Positions 1 to 11,000 of a stretch of DNA of 64,000 nt are shown here, one piece after another. A program made the position numbers and the translations under genes. Source of the stretch: Alloascoidea hylecoeti (lineage: Eukaryota). Within the stretch, counting starts at the first letter, position 1; every line of letters begins with the position of its first letter. The stretch is from NCBI GenBank assembly GCA_001600815.1, contig BCKZ01000006.1:434001-498000 (forward strand), in the 5' to 3' direction. Under the pieces are notes generated by a model. The model was not told where the DNA came from, searched no databases, and saw only the letters and a list, made by a program, of their open reading frames with translations.

Positions 1-2
1 GA

Positions 3-2822
3 ACAGGGACTGAAAGTGGTAGACGATCAAGTTTGGGAGTTCAACCACGAATGGCCTCAGAAGCCAATATTGGTCACCATGATCATGATCACGATCATTC
101 ATCATTTATTTCAACAAATCACTTACAACCTCCAATTTCATCAAATTCTAACCCTATATACGGATTTTCGTCTGTTCCTGATCTAAGAGATTTGAACACC
201 GAGTTTTATAGAAGTTATACCAATGATGATAATACGAAATCACAGATATCAAGCCTCAGTAGCTATAATACATGTTCACCTCCTCAACCATCGAGATTAT
301 CACAGGAAATTAGTGTGAATTTAACGAAAGTCGACGAAGAAGATACGGATGAAATTTCCATTTCTAATAAAGTGTCTATTGCTGGTGGTATTCTTACGGA
401 GTCAAAGACAGTAGAAAGTGTTATTTCGAATAATCAACCCGAAGTTAGTACTCAATTGAACATAAGCACTTCTGGAACAGGAGCTAGTTCTATGTCCTTT
501 GAATATTCATCCTCTGATGAGAGTGAAGATGCTAAAAGTAATAGCAGTGTCTTTTCTTTTGAACAAGACCAAAAAGCTGGTAGGAATTCATCAATCCGAT
601 ACTACAAAAATCAAAATGAAATGAGTCAATCTAAGTCACGACAGTCAACACAGGTTTCACCCAAGAATAAGCGAAATTATAGAGGTGGAGCACAAAAAGA
701 ATTACCACGCGGTTATATTGACCCTACAATGTTTCACGATGATGACTTTGATTCGGATGATTTAGAAGATATTATGGATATGTCAGGTGAGTCCTACGAT
801 GAAGATGACGGAGAAGTTGCGATGAACAGATTCATTGACGATGTTAAACCCCTTCCTTCTAGAGTTCAAGAACAAGTTTACAGTAATTGTGGTAACAGTT
901 ATGATTCTTTTGATCTTCACGATCCCCCTAATAGTGCTGCCATCAGAAACACCATCCCCTCCAGTGTTGAAGAATTATTTGAAGAAGATGAGTACATCCC
1001 ATTGAACAAATATATTGAGATAGAAGAACAGAATATGAACTACAATACAAGTAATATCTCGTTTGGTGTTGTTCCTGTTGAAGAACAGAAAGTTGGAGAT
1101 TCGAGTTTTAAAGAAGATTCAGAATCATTACGAACATCATCTACTGGATTGTCTGTAATCAATAATGAAAATCTACAGGAGGAAGAAGAGATATTGTCCC
1201 TTCTTTCATCTACTATTAGTCATGCGGATAATGATCATTATCATGAATCTTTTGAAAATGAGGTCGATTCTAATTTTTTATCACCAAAAATGCATAAGCC
1301 AACTTTACTGACTAAAAATATACACAAAAGAAATGTATCTCTTCCTCAACTTATTGTAGAATCACCTTCAGCTTCAACAGATGAAACAGTTTTGTCAAAC
1401 TATACCAATTCTGAGACCAAAATATTAGATGCCTTATCCCCTTATAAGTCGGTCTCTCCTTTGAGGTTTGATAACAGAAGAAGTCTGCCAGTGGGTTTAG
1501 ATGATTCAAAATTGATTAGAGATCTAGATTTTGAAAGGAATCAAATGCTGCCATTAACAATTGTAACAGACTCGAACAATATCAACATTCCGGCCCAGGA
1601 TGCAAAAGCAACCAAAGTAGAAGTATCACAAACCAATTCCCTTTTGGACTCAACAAACAGTGATATTCATGCTGAAAATGTCCAATCACCAACATCCCTT
1701 ATTACGCCAACCTCAACAGGACATTCATTGTTTCACGATCAGAGCCAACCCCAAATATCACCTCATCCTGTAAGCTCTGCATTTTACAGTGTACATGACA
1801 ACGACATGCTTAATTTGGATTTTTCGAAGACGGACAGTTATTTAAGCACTGACTCAGGATCTGAAACATTCCAAAACGAAGGCATAAATACTATTCAATT
1901 AGAAGATACCACACTTTTTACACCACCACAAGCTCCCCAACCACCTTATATGCTGGGCATAGACGATAGTATTGGAAGTTTTGAAAGCTTACTAGATGAA
2001 GTAAACCAGGTATTATCTGATGATGATTATGATGAAGAAAATTTCTTTGCTAATTCTTTCTCTAATAAGGTACAAACAATGAAATCACAGGAACTTAATT
2101 ACCCTCCCCAGTTAAAGACACAGGAAGAAATAGATGCATCTCCTACTACCGACTTGTTTTCGACCGTTGAAGCTATTCATAGAAGTAACAGTGCAAGAAA
2201 GAAGCCATCTGTGTCGAATCCCTATTCTAAAACATTAACGTTCTCATCATATAATCCCAATGTTATTCTTGGTGAGAATGGGAATAAAGTTACCACACTT
2301 TTCAATAGAGATCGGTCAAATAGTTTACCAAGGCGAGAGACTCCAACAGCTTCTCTCCCATTTAATCTAAAGAAAAGGTCGAAAACAATTTCAAACACAG
2401 AACGTCCAAAATTAAATTTGCCAAGCGATACCCCACTAGGTAAACCCCCCAAAACTGGAACTTTCAATTTCAGTGGGATTGGTCCAAGAGGGTTGATGAG
2501 ACGGGCCAATACGGTATCACATACAGACTCACAAAGATATAATTTTGCGACCCCTAAGCATTTTCAGTTAACTAAAAATAGACAAATTGTTTCACACATG
2601 GAACAAGAACGACAAATTAGAATAGGTGTTGCAGTTCCACACCCAAACTCTCCAAACTCTCCAATAAAGTATCATTATGAGGGTTTAGGTAGTCCTAAAA
2701 CTCCCCAAAGTTTATGTAAACGTCGCATATCTATGGGCCTTCCTCCAATAGATGGAACAACTGATATGTTATCGCCTCCAAGATCTTTAACAAAAATCCC
2801 AGAATCACCTCCCCGAAGGTGA
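3..2822 (+). CDS. Large low-complexity Ser/Asp/Glu-rich protein, probably 5'-truncated by the window edge; possibly ZRG8-like
   Basis: The reading frame is open from base 3 (T-G-T-E-S-G-R-R-S-S-L...) to TGA at 2820-2822; the first ATG is at 51. The segment 'SSVFSFEQ..GRNSSIRYY' resembles my recollection of a Zrg8-family motif; the family call is weak. Confidence 0.75.
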   Translation, partial: TGTESGRRSSLGVQPRMASEANIGHHDHDHDHSSFISTNHLQPPISSNSNPIYGFSSVPDLRDLNTEFYRSYTNDDNTKSQISSLSSYNTCSPPQPSRLSQEISVNLTKVDEEDTDEISISNKVSIAGGILTESKTVESVISNNQPEVSTQLNISTSGTGASSMSFEYSSSDESEDAKSNSSVFSFEQDQKAGRNSSIRYYKNQNEMSQSKSRQSTQVSPKNKRNYRGGAQKELPRGYIDPTMFHDDDFDSDDLEDIMDMSGESYDEDDGEVAMNRFIDDVKPLPSRVQEQVYSNCGNSYDSFDLHDPPNSAAIRNTIPSSVEELFEEDEYIPLNKYIEIEEQNMNYNTSNISFGVVPVEEQKVGDSSFKEDSESLRTSSTGLSVINNENLQEEEEILSLLSSTISHADNDHYHESFENEVDSNFLSPKMHKPTLLTKNIHKRNVSLPQLIVESPSASTDETVLSNYTNSETKILDALSPYKSVSPLRFDNRRSLPVGLDDSKLIRDLDFERNQMLPLTIVTDSNNINIPAQDAKATKVEVSQTNSLLDSTNSDIHAENVQSPTSLITPTSTGHSLFHDQSQPQISPHPVSSAFYSVHDNDMLNLDFSKTDSYLSTDSGSETFQNEGINTIQLEDTTLFTPPQAPQPPYMLGIDDSIGSFESLLDEVNQVLSDDDYDEENFFANSFSNKVQTMKSQELNYPPQLKTQEEIDASPTTDLFSTVEAIHRSNSARKKPSVSNPYSKTLTFSSYNPNVILGENGNKVTTLFNRDRSNSLPRRETPTASLPFNLKKRSKTISNTERPKLNLPSDTPLGKPPKTGTFNFSGIGPRGLMRRANTVSHTDSQRYNFATPKHFQLTKNRQIVSHMEQERQIRIGVAVPHPNSPNSPIKYHYEGLGSPKTPQSLCKRRISMGLPPIDGTTDMLSPPRSLTKIPESPPRR

Positions 2823-2832
2823 GGTTACAATT

Positions 2833-2847
2833 GGGGGGGGGGGGGGG
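2833..2847 (+). repeat. G15 homopolymer just after the stop codon
   Basis: Run of 15 G seen directly in an otherwise AT-rich 3' region. Confidence 0.95.
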
Positions 2848-3879
2848 AATTTTCAAATATGTCACCTTATGGGAAAGGAGTTTCGTTTTCTTTGATTTAT
2901 CTCTCTTTATGTCTTCTGAAATAACTTAAAGTCCTTCAATTTGGCTCATTCTTGTTATTCTTACTGTAAAATTGCTTATTGCTTCTGGTGATATAGATTT
3001 ATATATATGTATATGGCGGCTTATTTTTTCAAAACATCACTATTGATATATATTGGTAAAGCTAGCATTCGTTTAACTTTGTATTCACATTTTTCTAATA
3101 TTTTTGGTTACGTGATTGTTTTTATTGATGCATTTTCATATTTTGTTTTTCCTTTGTTTCAATATTCATATTCTTTGATTTAACTGCATATTTTAATTTT
3201 GTCCCATTAAGCTTGCTTACCTTCAAACTTACAATTGATAATATTTTTATTTCATAATAATTATAGGCATATATTTTGTAGCATTGTTCAGATATTTAAA
3301 TTTAAATAGTGTTAGAAACCAGAAAACAATAAAAACGGTATACGTATAATTAGTGATTTGTAACTTATAGTTATTTTACTCAAATCTGCTTTAGTAGAAT
3401 TATATATAATTGAACATAAAACTTTACAATATTGCAATTGATTAGTTATCTGCTATAACTATGTATAGGGGGGGTATTGAGTAATATATATATAAGTTGT
3501 GGCCGCTACATAAATTATAGTTAAATTAATATATGAAAAAAGATCAAATATTATAAAATAAAAAGAAAAAGCTTACTGATAAATTATGGTTATAGGTTTA
3601 TACACTTTCAAAATTGGGGCCGAGTGTTTCAATAGCTAACACTTTCTAAAATCTTTTAATACAGCTGCTTAACACACGCGATCATGGACAATATGTAGAT
3701 AATAATTCTCATCTAGCAGATTTGTTAAACTTATCTAACTTTGTTGTATTCTACCCTGCTGAATGACACCAATAAATTCAAAAGTGTGTTTTATACTATT
3801 CTCCATATAATGTGGTTGCTATTTATTCTATTTCACATTAAAAACCGATAAGATATAGGCCTACAGTTCTGATTAACTG

Positions 3880-5091
3880 TTAGAACTCAAGTCTTTCTAG
3901 CTGTTTGCTGATTAATGCTGATCCATTCGGCGTGTTACTTTCTGATCCGTATGCATTCCCGATATCTAAACGTGCCTTGCCAGCATTTAAACCATCGATT
4001 AAGATGCAAGCCTTACATATTGGGTTGATTGACAAATACCCACATCTTTGACATCGACCAGATCCATGGGTTGCATTATTGGAATTGAAATTACTAGTAT
4101 ACTTCTTTGATGATATATTTTCTGGTTGGTATTTAGCGACGTTTCCATTCGAGCCAACTTTTATTATATCATTAAAAGCATCTGGACCAGATTCATTTGC
4201 CATCTTTTTGGCTGCCTTTGCTTTGGCACCTTTGTTTTTATTTTTCTTTATGTTTTTGGCAAGCATAAAACTCTCCCCGGACCTTATTATGTCTATAATA
4301 GAGCTGGGTCGCACAGCTTCTAAGTTTTTAATCAAAGTCCTCGCTGTTCCTCTAAAAGCTTCTGTAGAATATGTGCATTCTGTTGAAAAATAGTCCAGCT
4401 TTTTGTAATGAGCATATAGTACGATTTCTTTTTCATACGTATACTTGAATGGTTTACTTCTTTTGATGGGTGATTCCGCAGATTGAGTAATAATTTCGGT
4501 ACATCGATCCAGTCTAGCAACATCCCCTCTCAATAAATTCATCATTATAGTTTCTGCCAAATCATCTGCATTATGGCCAGTGACAATATGATTAATACCC
4601 AGCATGTCAGCTCCTCGATCAAGTGCCTGTCTTCTAAAAACACCACAGTATGTACAGTTATTTTTGTTTCCTATCTGTGAAACAATCTCATCCATACTCC
4701 ATTCATATAACTCTTTATAGCTAATAATCTCTAAAGGCATGTCATACTGTATTTTATTTCTCTTCACTGTTTCTAAGGAATCATCTCTATAACCTTTGAT
4801 TCCTTCATCAATACTTAATAAAACAAATTCAACTCCATAATCGTATCTTTCATTCAATGTCTTCATTACATGTGCTAATACAGTAGAATCTTTGCCACCA
4901 GAGGCACCAATGGCAACCTTTTCACCTCTATAAAAAAGATTATTTCTGATTATAGTATTGTGTATTTCTTCTTCAAAAACGTAGTAGAAACATGGCTTGC
5001 AAATTTTTTGCAATGTTTTTGGTCTCTTCATTACTGGCTTCCGGCAGTGACAAAGCTCGCAGAGCCGAGAAATTTGTAGGGCTTCTGGCAT
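3880..5091 (-). CDS. NCS6: Cytoplasmic tRNA 2-thiolation protein 1 (Ncs6/Ctu1)
   Basis: PP-loop SGGKDS, CxxC motifs (CELC, CKPC, CTYC, CQRC, CKAC), TGHNADD. Confidence 0.97.
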   Translation of the reverse strand: MPEALQISRLCELCHCRKPVMKRPKTLQKICKPCFYYVFEEEIHNTIIRNNLFYRGEKVAIGASGGKDSTVLAHVMKTLNERYDYGVEFVLLSIDEGIKGYRDDSLETVKRNKIQYDMPLEIISYKELYEWSMDEIVSQIGNKNNCTYCGVFRRQALDRGADMLGINHIVTGHNADDLAETIMMNLLRGDVARLDRCTEIITQSAESPIKRSKPFKYTYEKEIVLYAHYKKLDYFSTECTYSTEAFRGTARTLIKNLEAVRPSSIIDIIRSGESFMLAKNIKKNKNKGAKAKAAKKMANESGPDAFNDIIKVGSNGNVAKYQPENISSKKYTSNFNSNNATHGSGRCQRCGYLSINPICKACILIDGLNAGKARLDIGNAYGSESNTPNGSALISKQLERLEF

Positions 5092-5310
5092 TTCTGTGAA
5101 ATTTCGATATTCAAGTTTTTCAGGTTTTTCAAGTTAAAATCCTTATAATTTCGCAATTTTTACTAATGTCATGTGATACTGATTATATAACAAAACCATG
5201 ACTGTATATTACAAACGTAGAGTAAATATGAGCATGTCACACACCTTTTTTTTTCTTCTGCAATTTTTTGGGATTACGTCCTCCAAGACATTTTTCATAT
5301 AACCACCACG

Positions 5311-7923
5311 ATGTCCCGTTTTTTCCAAGACAGCTTCTCCGACAGTGAGAGCGATTCATCTGAAGAAGACCTTCTCTCCTCTTCTGAGGAAGAAGATTTA
5401 AATCAGGGTTCATCATCTGAAGAAGAATTAGAAGATGATTCCGATTTTCTGGATGATTCAGACTCAGATTCAGACTCTGATTCAGACTCTGACGGTGATT
5501 ATAAAAAACCCGGATATTTCTTAAAAAAGAAGCCAGCAAATGCCTTCCTAATTGGCCAGGACTCCGGTGAGAGTGATAGTGAAGATGAAGGGAAGCGTGT
5601 TGTGAAGAGTGCAAAAGATAAACTAGTGGACGAAATCAACAATAAAATCACAGCAATTGAAAATGCAAACAGAAATAATGACTGGGGTCTTATTTCTAAA
5701 GAGTTTGATAAATTAGGTAAACTTATTCAAAAAGCTCAGCAGCAGTATAAAGATACACCTCGTGTCTATATTAAATTGATTGGAAACCTTGAAGATTTTA
5801 TTGAGGAGGCTTCTCAAGAGAAGAAAAAAATGAATGCTACTGCTTCAAGAGCTTTGAAAGTGATGAAGCAAAAGATCAAGAAACTTTCTCGTGAATACGA
5901 GACCCAGCTCAAAGCGTATCGTGCGGATCCTGAAAACTATGAAAAAGTGGTTGAAGAAGTAGCATCTGTTGTTGTTGCTGCTCCAGTTATAGCGACCGTC
6001 ACTGATGACGACGGATTTCAAACTGTTGGTGCATCAGGTAAAGTGGAGCCAGTTGATATTTTCAAGACTTTACATACAATAGCAGAATCAAGAGGTAAAA
6101 AGAACACAGATAAACAGGAACAAATTAGCAACTTAGAGTCAATTATTAAAGTCGCTACCACTCCATATCAATTAATTAGAATATACTTGATGCTTATCCC
6201 AATTCGATTTGATGCTACTTCGAACTTGACGGTTGATTCTTGGAATGCAGCTAAGAAAGATATCCTCAGTCTGTTCAACATTCTTGAAAAGAATAACGAT
6301 AAGTACAGAGTTGTCGAAACTAATGAGTCCACACTTGTCGATCTTGAAAAAGAGCCGGAACCAGCCAAAGACGGTGTACGTGAAATTAGCGGTAGTATTG
6401 TCTCTTTGGTTGAACGATTGGATGAAGAATGGACAAAGGCTTTACAAGTAATCGATCCCCATACCACGGAATATATAGACAGATTAAAGGATGAACCAGA
6501 ATTGTACACACTAATTTTACGATCTCAAATATACACTGAAGTTAATCCAACACCCCCCGAAACATCTACGGTTGTTGGTGCAATTATCAACGATCCTTTA
6601 AGCAGATCACTCATTAGAAGAATTGATCACATCTATTTCAAGCCTAGCCAACTCATAATAGCTTCTGAAAAAGCTGCCTGGACCTCACTTTCATCTAAGA
6701 GCTCACAAATTACCCCTAAACCTAACTTTGAAAATCTTGGAGCGTCTTATCCGACCACTTTAATGAGTCAACTCTGCTCTTACATTTATAACCAATCAAA
6801 TGCAATCTTCAGAAAAAAAGCTATTCTAAGTCATATTTATTTCTACGCTTTGAATAATGAGTATTATAAGGCTAGAGATATGTTCTTGATGTCTCACTTA
6901 CAATCATCTATTCACAATTCTGAATCGGCTTTGTTGGTTCTTTTCAATAGAGCATTAGTTCAAGTTGGGCTTTGCGCCTTCCGATGTGGTCTTATTGCAG
7001 AGGCTCATCAAGCTTTACTGGAAATTTATTCTTCTTCTCGACAGAAAGAATTACTCGGTCAAGGTGTGATGAGATACAATCAGACAAATACCCCTGCTGA
7101 TAAACAACGGCTTCTACCTTTCCACATGCATATCAATCTTGAGTTATTAGAATGCGTATATTTGACGAGTTCGCTTTTGACAGAAATTCCTCAGATGGCT
7201 GCCATTGGCTCATCTTTGGAATCAAAAAAGAAAACAAGTGCAAAATCTTTTAAGAGAACTTTAGAATTCCATGATAGGCAATTTTTCACTGGTCCTCCAG
7301 AGAATACCAGAGAGCATGTGTTACAAGCAGGTAAAGCCCTTCTTGTTGGTGATTGGGAGAAGGCAAGAAACCTTCTTATATCTGTCAAAATTTGGTCATT
7401 GCTACCAGAGTCGGATTCCATCAAGAAAATGCTGACTGAAAAACTACAAATTGAAGGTCTAAGAACATATATTTTTAGCTATAAACACTATTATGGAAGA
7501 TTGTCTTTAACCCGTCTTTCTGAAATGTTTCAATTACCATTAAACAAAGTAAATGCCATTGTGGTTAAAATGATTTTCAACGAAGAGATTTCAGCTTCTT
7601 TGGATCAAATTACAAAATCAATAGTCTTTACTCAGGGGGTCGAATATTCAAAATTACAAGAATTGTCTCTTGCCATGGCCGACAAAGCTTTACAACTAGC
7701 TGAAAGAAATGAAAGACTTACTAGTGGTGGTCATCAATCACAACAAAATAATCAATCCACAAACTCAAATCAACACTCTTCTGGAAGTAATGTGACTGCT
7801 GCACCAGCAAATGCTGTTCTAACATCTTCTTTATCTAATGTTTTAAGAAATGGACCGGTTGCTATCAGTGGTGCTTTTAACGAATTAAATAGTAGAAGGC
7901 AGCATAGGTCAACACGAGCTTAA
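5311..7923 (+). CDS. NIP1: Translation initiation factor eIF3 subunit c
   Basis: MSRFF start with acidic Ser/Asp N-terminus, 'KRVVKSAKDK', 'LPFHMHINLELLE', C-terminal PCI-type region. Confidence 0.97.
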   Translation: MSRFFQDSFSDSESDSSEEDLLSSSEEEDLNQGSSSEEELEDDSDFLDDSDSDSDSDSDSDGDYKKPGYFLKKKPANAFLIGQDSGESDSEDEGKRVVKSAKDKLVDEINNKITAIENANRNNDWGLISKEFDKLGKLIQKAQQQYKDTPRVYIKLIGNLEDFIEEASQEKKKMNATASRALKVMKQKIKKLSREYETQLKAYRADPENYEKVVEEVASVVVAAPVIATVTDDDGFQTVGASGKVEPVDIFKTLHTIAESRGKKNTDKQEQISNLESIIKVATTPYQLIRIYLMLIPIRFDATSNLTVDSWNAAKKDILSLFNILEKNNDKYRVVETNESTLVDLEKEPEPAKDGVREISGSIVSLVERLDEEWTKALQVIDPHTTEYIDRLKDEPELYTLILRSQIYTEVNPTPPETSTVVGAIINDPLSRSLIRRIDHIYFKPSQLIIASEKAAWTSLSSKSSQITPKPNFENLGASYPTTLMSQLCSYIYNQSNAIFRKKAILSHIYFYALNNEYYKARDMFLMSHLQSSIHNSESALLVLFNRALVQVGLCAFRCGLIAEAHQALLEIYSSSRQKELLGQGVMRYNQTNTPADKQRLLPFHMHINLELLECVYLTSSLLTEIPQMAAIGSSLESKKKTSAKSFKRTLEFHDRQFFTGPPENTREHVLQAGKALLVGDWEKARNLLISVKIWSLLPESDSIKKMLTEKLQIEGLRTYIFSYKHYYGRLSLTRLSEMFQLPLNKVNAIVVKMIFNEEISASLDQITKSIVFTQGVEYSKLQELSLAMADKALQLAERNERLTSGGHQSQQNNQSTNSNQHSSGSNVTAAPANAVLTSSLSNVLRNGPVAISGAFNELNSRRQHRSTRA

Positions 7924-8029
7924 GTTCCAATATAATTAGATTTAGATTTATTTAGTTAATATATGGCTATATATGACGAAACATATATCTTACTTAATTA
8001 GGAACGTATAATGATAATAGTAATGTAAT

Positions 8030-11000
8030 CTAAGCAAAATAACTTTTCCAAAGCACACCTTCCAAATCTTCTAGTTGTTCACTTGTGAAAATCTTTGAAT
8101 CAATATGCCAAGTATCTTGTCTTGTTTTTTTGAAATTGCTTATTGTGCTTTTGGCGCTCTTTCCCACAATACCTGGATTTCCACAGCATTTATTAGCAAT
8201 AATAGTTAGCACTTTAGGTATCCAAGGAGGAGGTGGCGAATCATAAGGGAAGGCTTCCACAAGTGCACAAAGGCCAAGGGTGGCACCATGTTTTTTGATA
8301 CCAAAATCCTCCGATTGTGATCTGTCTTGTTCAGATGCAACTTTGGATCTAGTTTTGAGGATTTTTCTAAAGTATTTAATAAGTATTGGAATCTGTGAGT
8401 CAGACTCCACCTTTGGAGAACAGCGGATAATGCCAGAAATGGTATCTGAGGCCAAGGTCCTAACTTCTAACTGATGATCAAATAACGAGTTAGAGACAAA
8501 CTGTATTAACTGTTTTTTCTGGGCATTACTTAACAGGAACAACTGCCTAAAATATATTGCTTGTGTCAAATTGAGTAGCATTCGCTTTTGATGCCAAGTA
8601 ACAACTTCAACTTTAGAATTATCATTTGTTGAAAGCAAATGTCTTGTCGTACTATATTCTATAATCACGTTTATCAGTTTTTGTAATGAATCCTGAGGAT
8701 ACGCCAAGTTTCCTAAAGATTTAAATACAGCATTCAAAATATCCTCAATTTCTGTAATTTCTTTGGTGTTACTTAATTTTAAAAGAAAGGGTATGATGTA
8801 GTCTGCCACATACGGTTCCAAAAAACCTGCTGAAACTGTGTTTAAGGACTCGAAAAGCCAATTCAAAGTTGTTCGAGAGCCACACATATAATCTGACCAT
8901 TGCAATTTTTGCCCAGATAAACCAATTGCATTTATTCTCCACTTTTCGAGGTTCTTGAAACCATTATTAATTTGGGTCGCGTATCTATTATCTAGTTGAT
9001 AGACCGGCAACCCAAGACGGCCTTTGGTATTTGCATTGGAATTAGCCAATGTATCTAATGATAAATAGGATTCATGAATGCTAATGGAATATAGCACGGT
9101 CATGACTCCCCCAATCTGATGACTAACGGCCTGATATGGATGATTAATATTGGACCAGCAGTCATCAAAAAGACCGTCAAAGTTTTGATACCATCCGATC
9201 ATGCTGACCATTCTTTTTACAAGGTGTAATCTTGAACTATCCTTAAATGCTGCACTTGAATTTCTATCAATCTTGTAATCTAAGATTTTCCTTGAAATTC
9301 TGATAATTCTTCTAAAATCAACACCCAACAAGGCCCAAGCAGAGAAGGAGTGCCATATATCAAAATTATCTGGAGAAAGATCATCAGCGAAAACTTTATT
9401 CAATAATGATATTATAACATCGTCTCTCTTTCCCGCCAATTCGTTGGGGGTCCTTTTAGAAACTAGAATCATACCACCACAAAGTTCAGCTACCGCACAA
9501 TGGCAATATCTGTCATCTGATATGTAAGTCTCTTGAACAACTTCAATATATTCATCAAATGTTAACGATGAGAATCCTCTAATAACAAATTCCAGCAATG
9601 TAGAGTACAAAAGGGCTAAGCTCTGTCTGAAAACAGGTCTATCCTCCGGAGATCGACTATTCGTCTCGTTCAATCTTAGCGAAACAAATTTCTGAAGCCA
9701 TTCCTTAGTCATCTTTGAGAATGAACTCTTCAAGAGTAATTCATCATCCATATTAAAATCGTATAATGGAGCGCTTACTGCGTCTGCAACAAGATTTCTG
9801 GGCCATAATAACCACCCAGATTGTTGACCTTTATCAAAAAGAAAAGTAACGTTGGTATTCTCAGTTTCTAGTTGGTTCATTTCGCTTGATATTTTCGAAA
9901 GCATTTTAAGATCAACAGTAGTGTTCTCCTTTGAGACTCCCCATACGTCGTAAATTTCATTAATATTGTAATTGTTTGCTGCTAAGCAATTAAATTTATC
10001 AACAATTGATTTCATTCCTTCGAAACAATGGTTAGAAACCTCAGGGTGTGGATCTATCGCATGGTTAATCAAAAAATCTAAAACCTCACCGCTTGTTGGG
10101 ACTCCAAATCTGCAAGAAATATCGGTTAGTAGAGAAGTATTCATAATTGAAATCCTCCAGTGCGAATTTTTGACTTCTTGTATTAAATAATCGCGCAACT
10201 CTACTAGCCGTGTTACTGTTAGTTTTAGCTTCTCACTCTTCTGATTCCTGATCTTCTCTATTGTGGAATCTAATCCTGAGTCACAAGGTCTTATTAAATC
10301 TATTGCAATTTTATCAAATTCACAAATTTGAAGGAGGGAAATGAAGTCTGAATCAATTGTCTCGAATAAATGGCTTGCTGTATCAGTTAGAGGATCATAG
10401 TCGACTTGTAGAGCTTTATTCAGTGTCTTGGTGATGTCAATTAAATGTTTGGCATTTCGACTTATTGTGTGTTTCAAAGACCGAATATTAAGAACACGGA
10501 TTCCACTTTCTGCAGTTTTCCAATCATCTTTGTCTAATAGTGCTTTATTTATTTCATTTATGATTGTATTTACCACAAGTGAATGTGATCCAGTAACTAC
10601 TTTAAGGACAGTCTCTAATGTAGATGAGGCTTCTCTTCTAATAGTTTGATAGTTCGACATCGAAGATATAACAATATCTTTTAGTAAAAGACGATCAAGT
10701 GAGGTTAATGTTCTAGGGGTCAAGTTGTGAATTAGTCTTTCTGAGTAGTAAGCATTCATTCGTTCGGTCAATAATCCTCTGGGGTACGGTTTGGCGATTC
10801 CGGGAATTTTATGCGGTTGTATCAATCTGCTGTATTTGACGATTCGAAATTCTGATGACTTGTTTACTTTCTCTGCACCAACATCAGCAAACCATATTTT
10901 CAAAGCTACTAAATATGAATGATATAATGAGACATCACCCTCCTTATTACTTCTTAGGTAATCAAAAGCTAAATGAAGGGTTTGCCCAATTTCATCGTGC

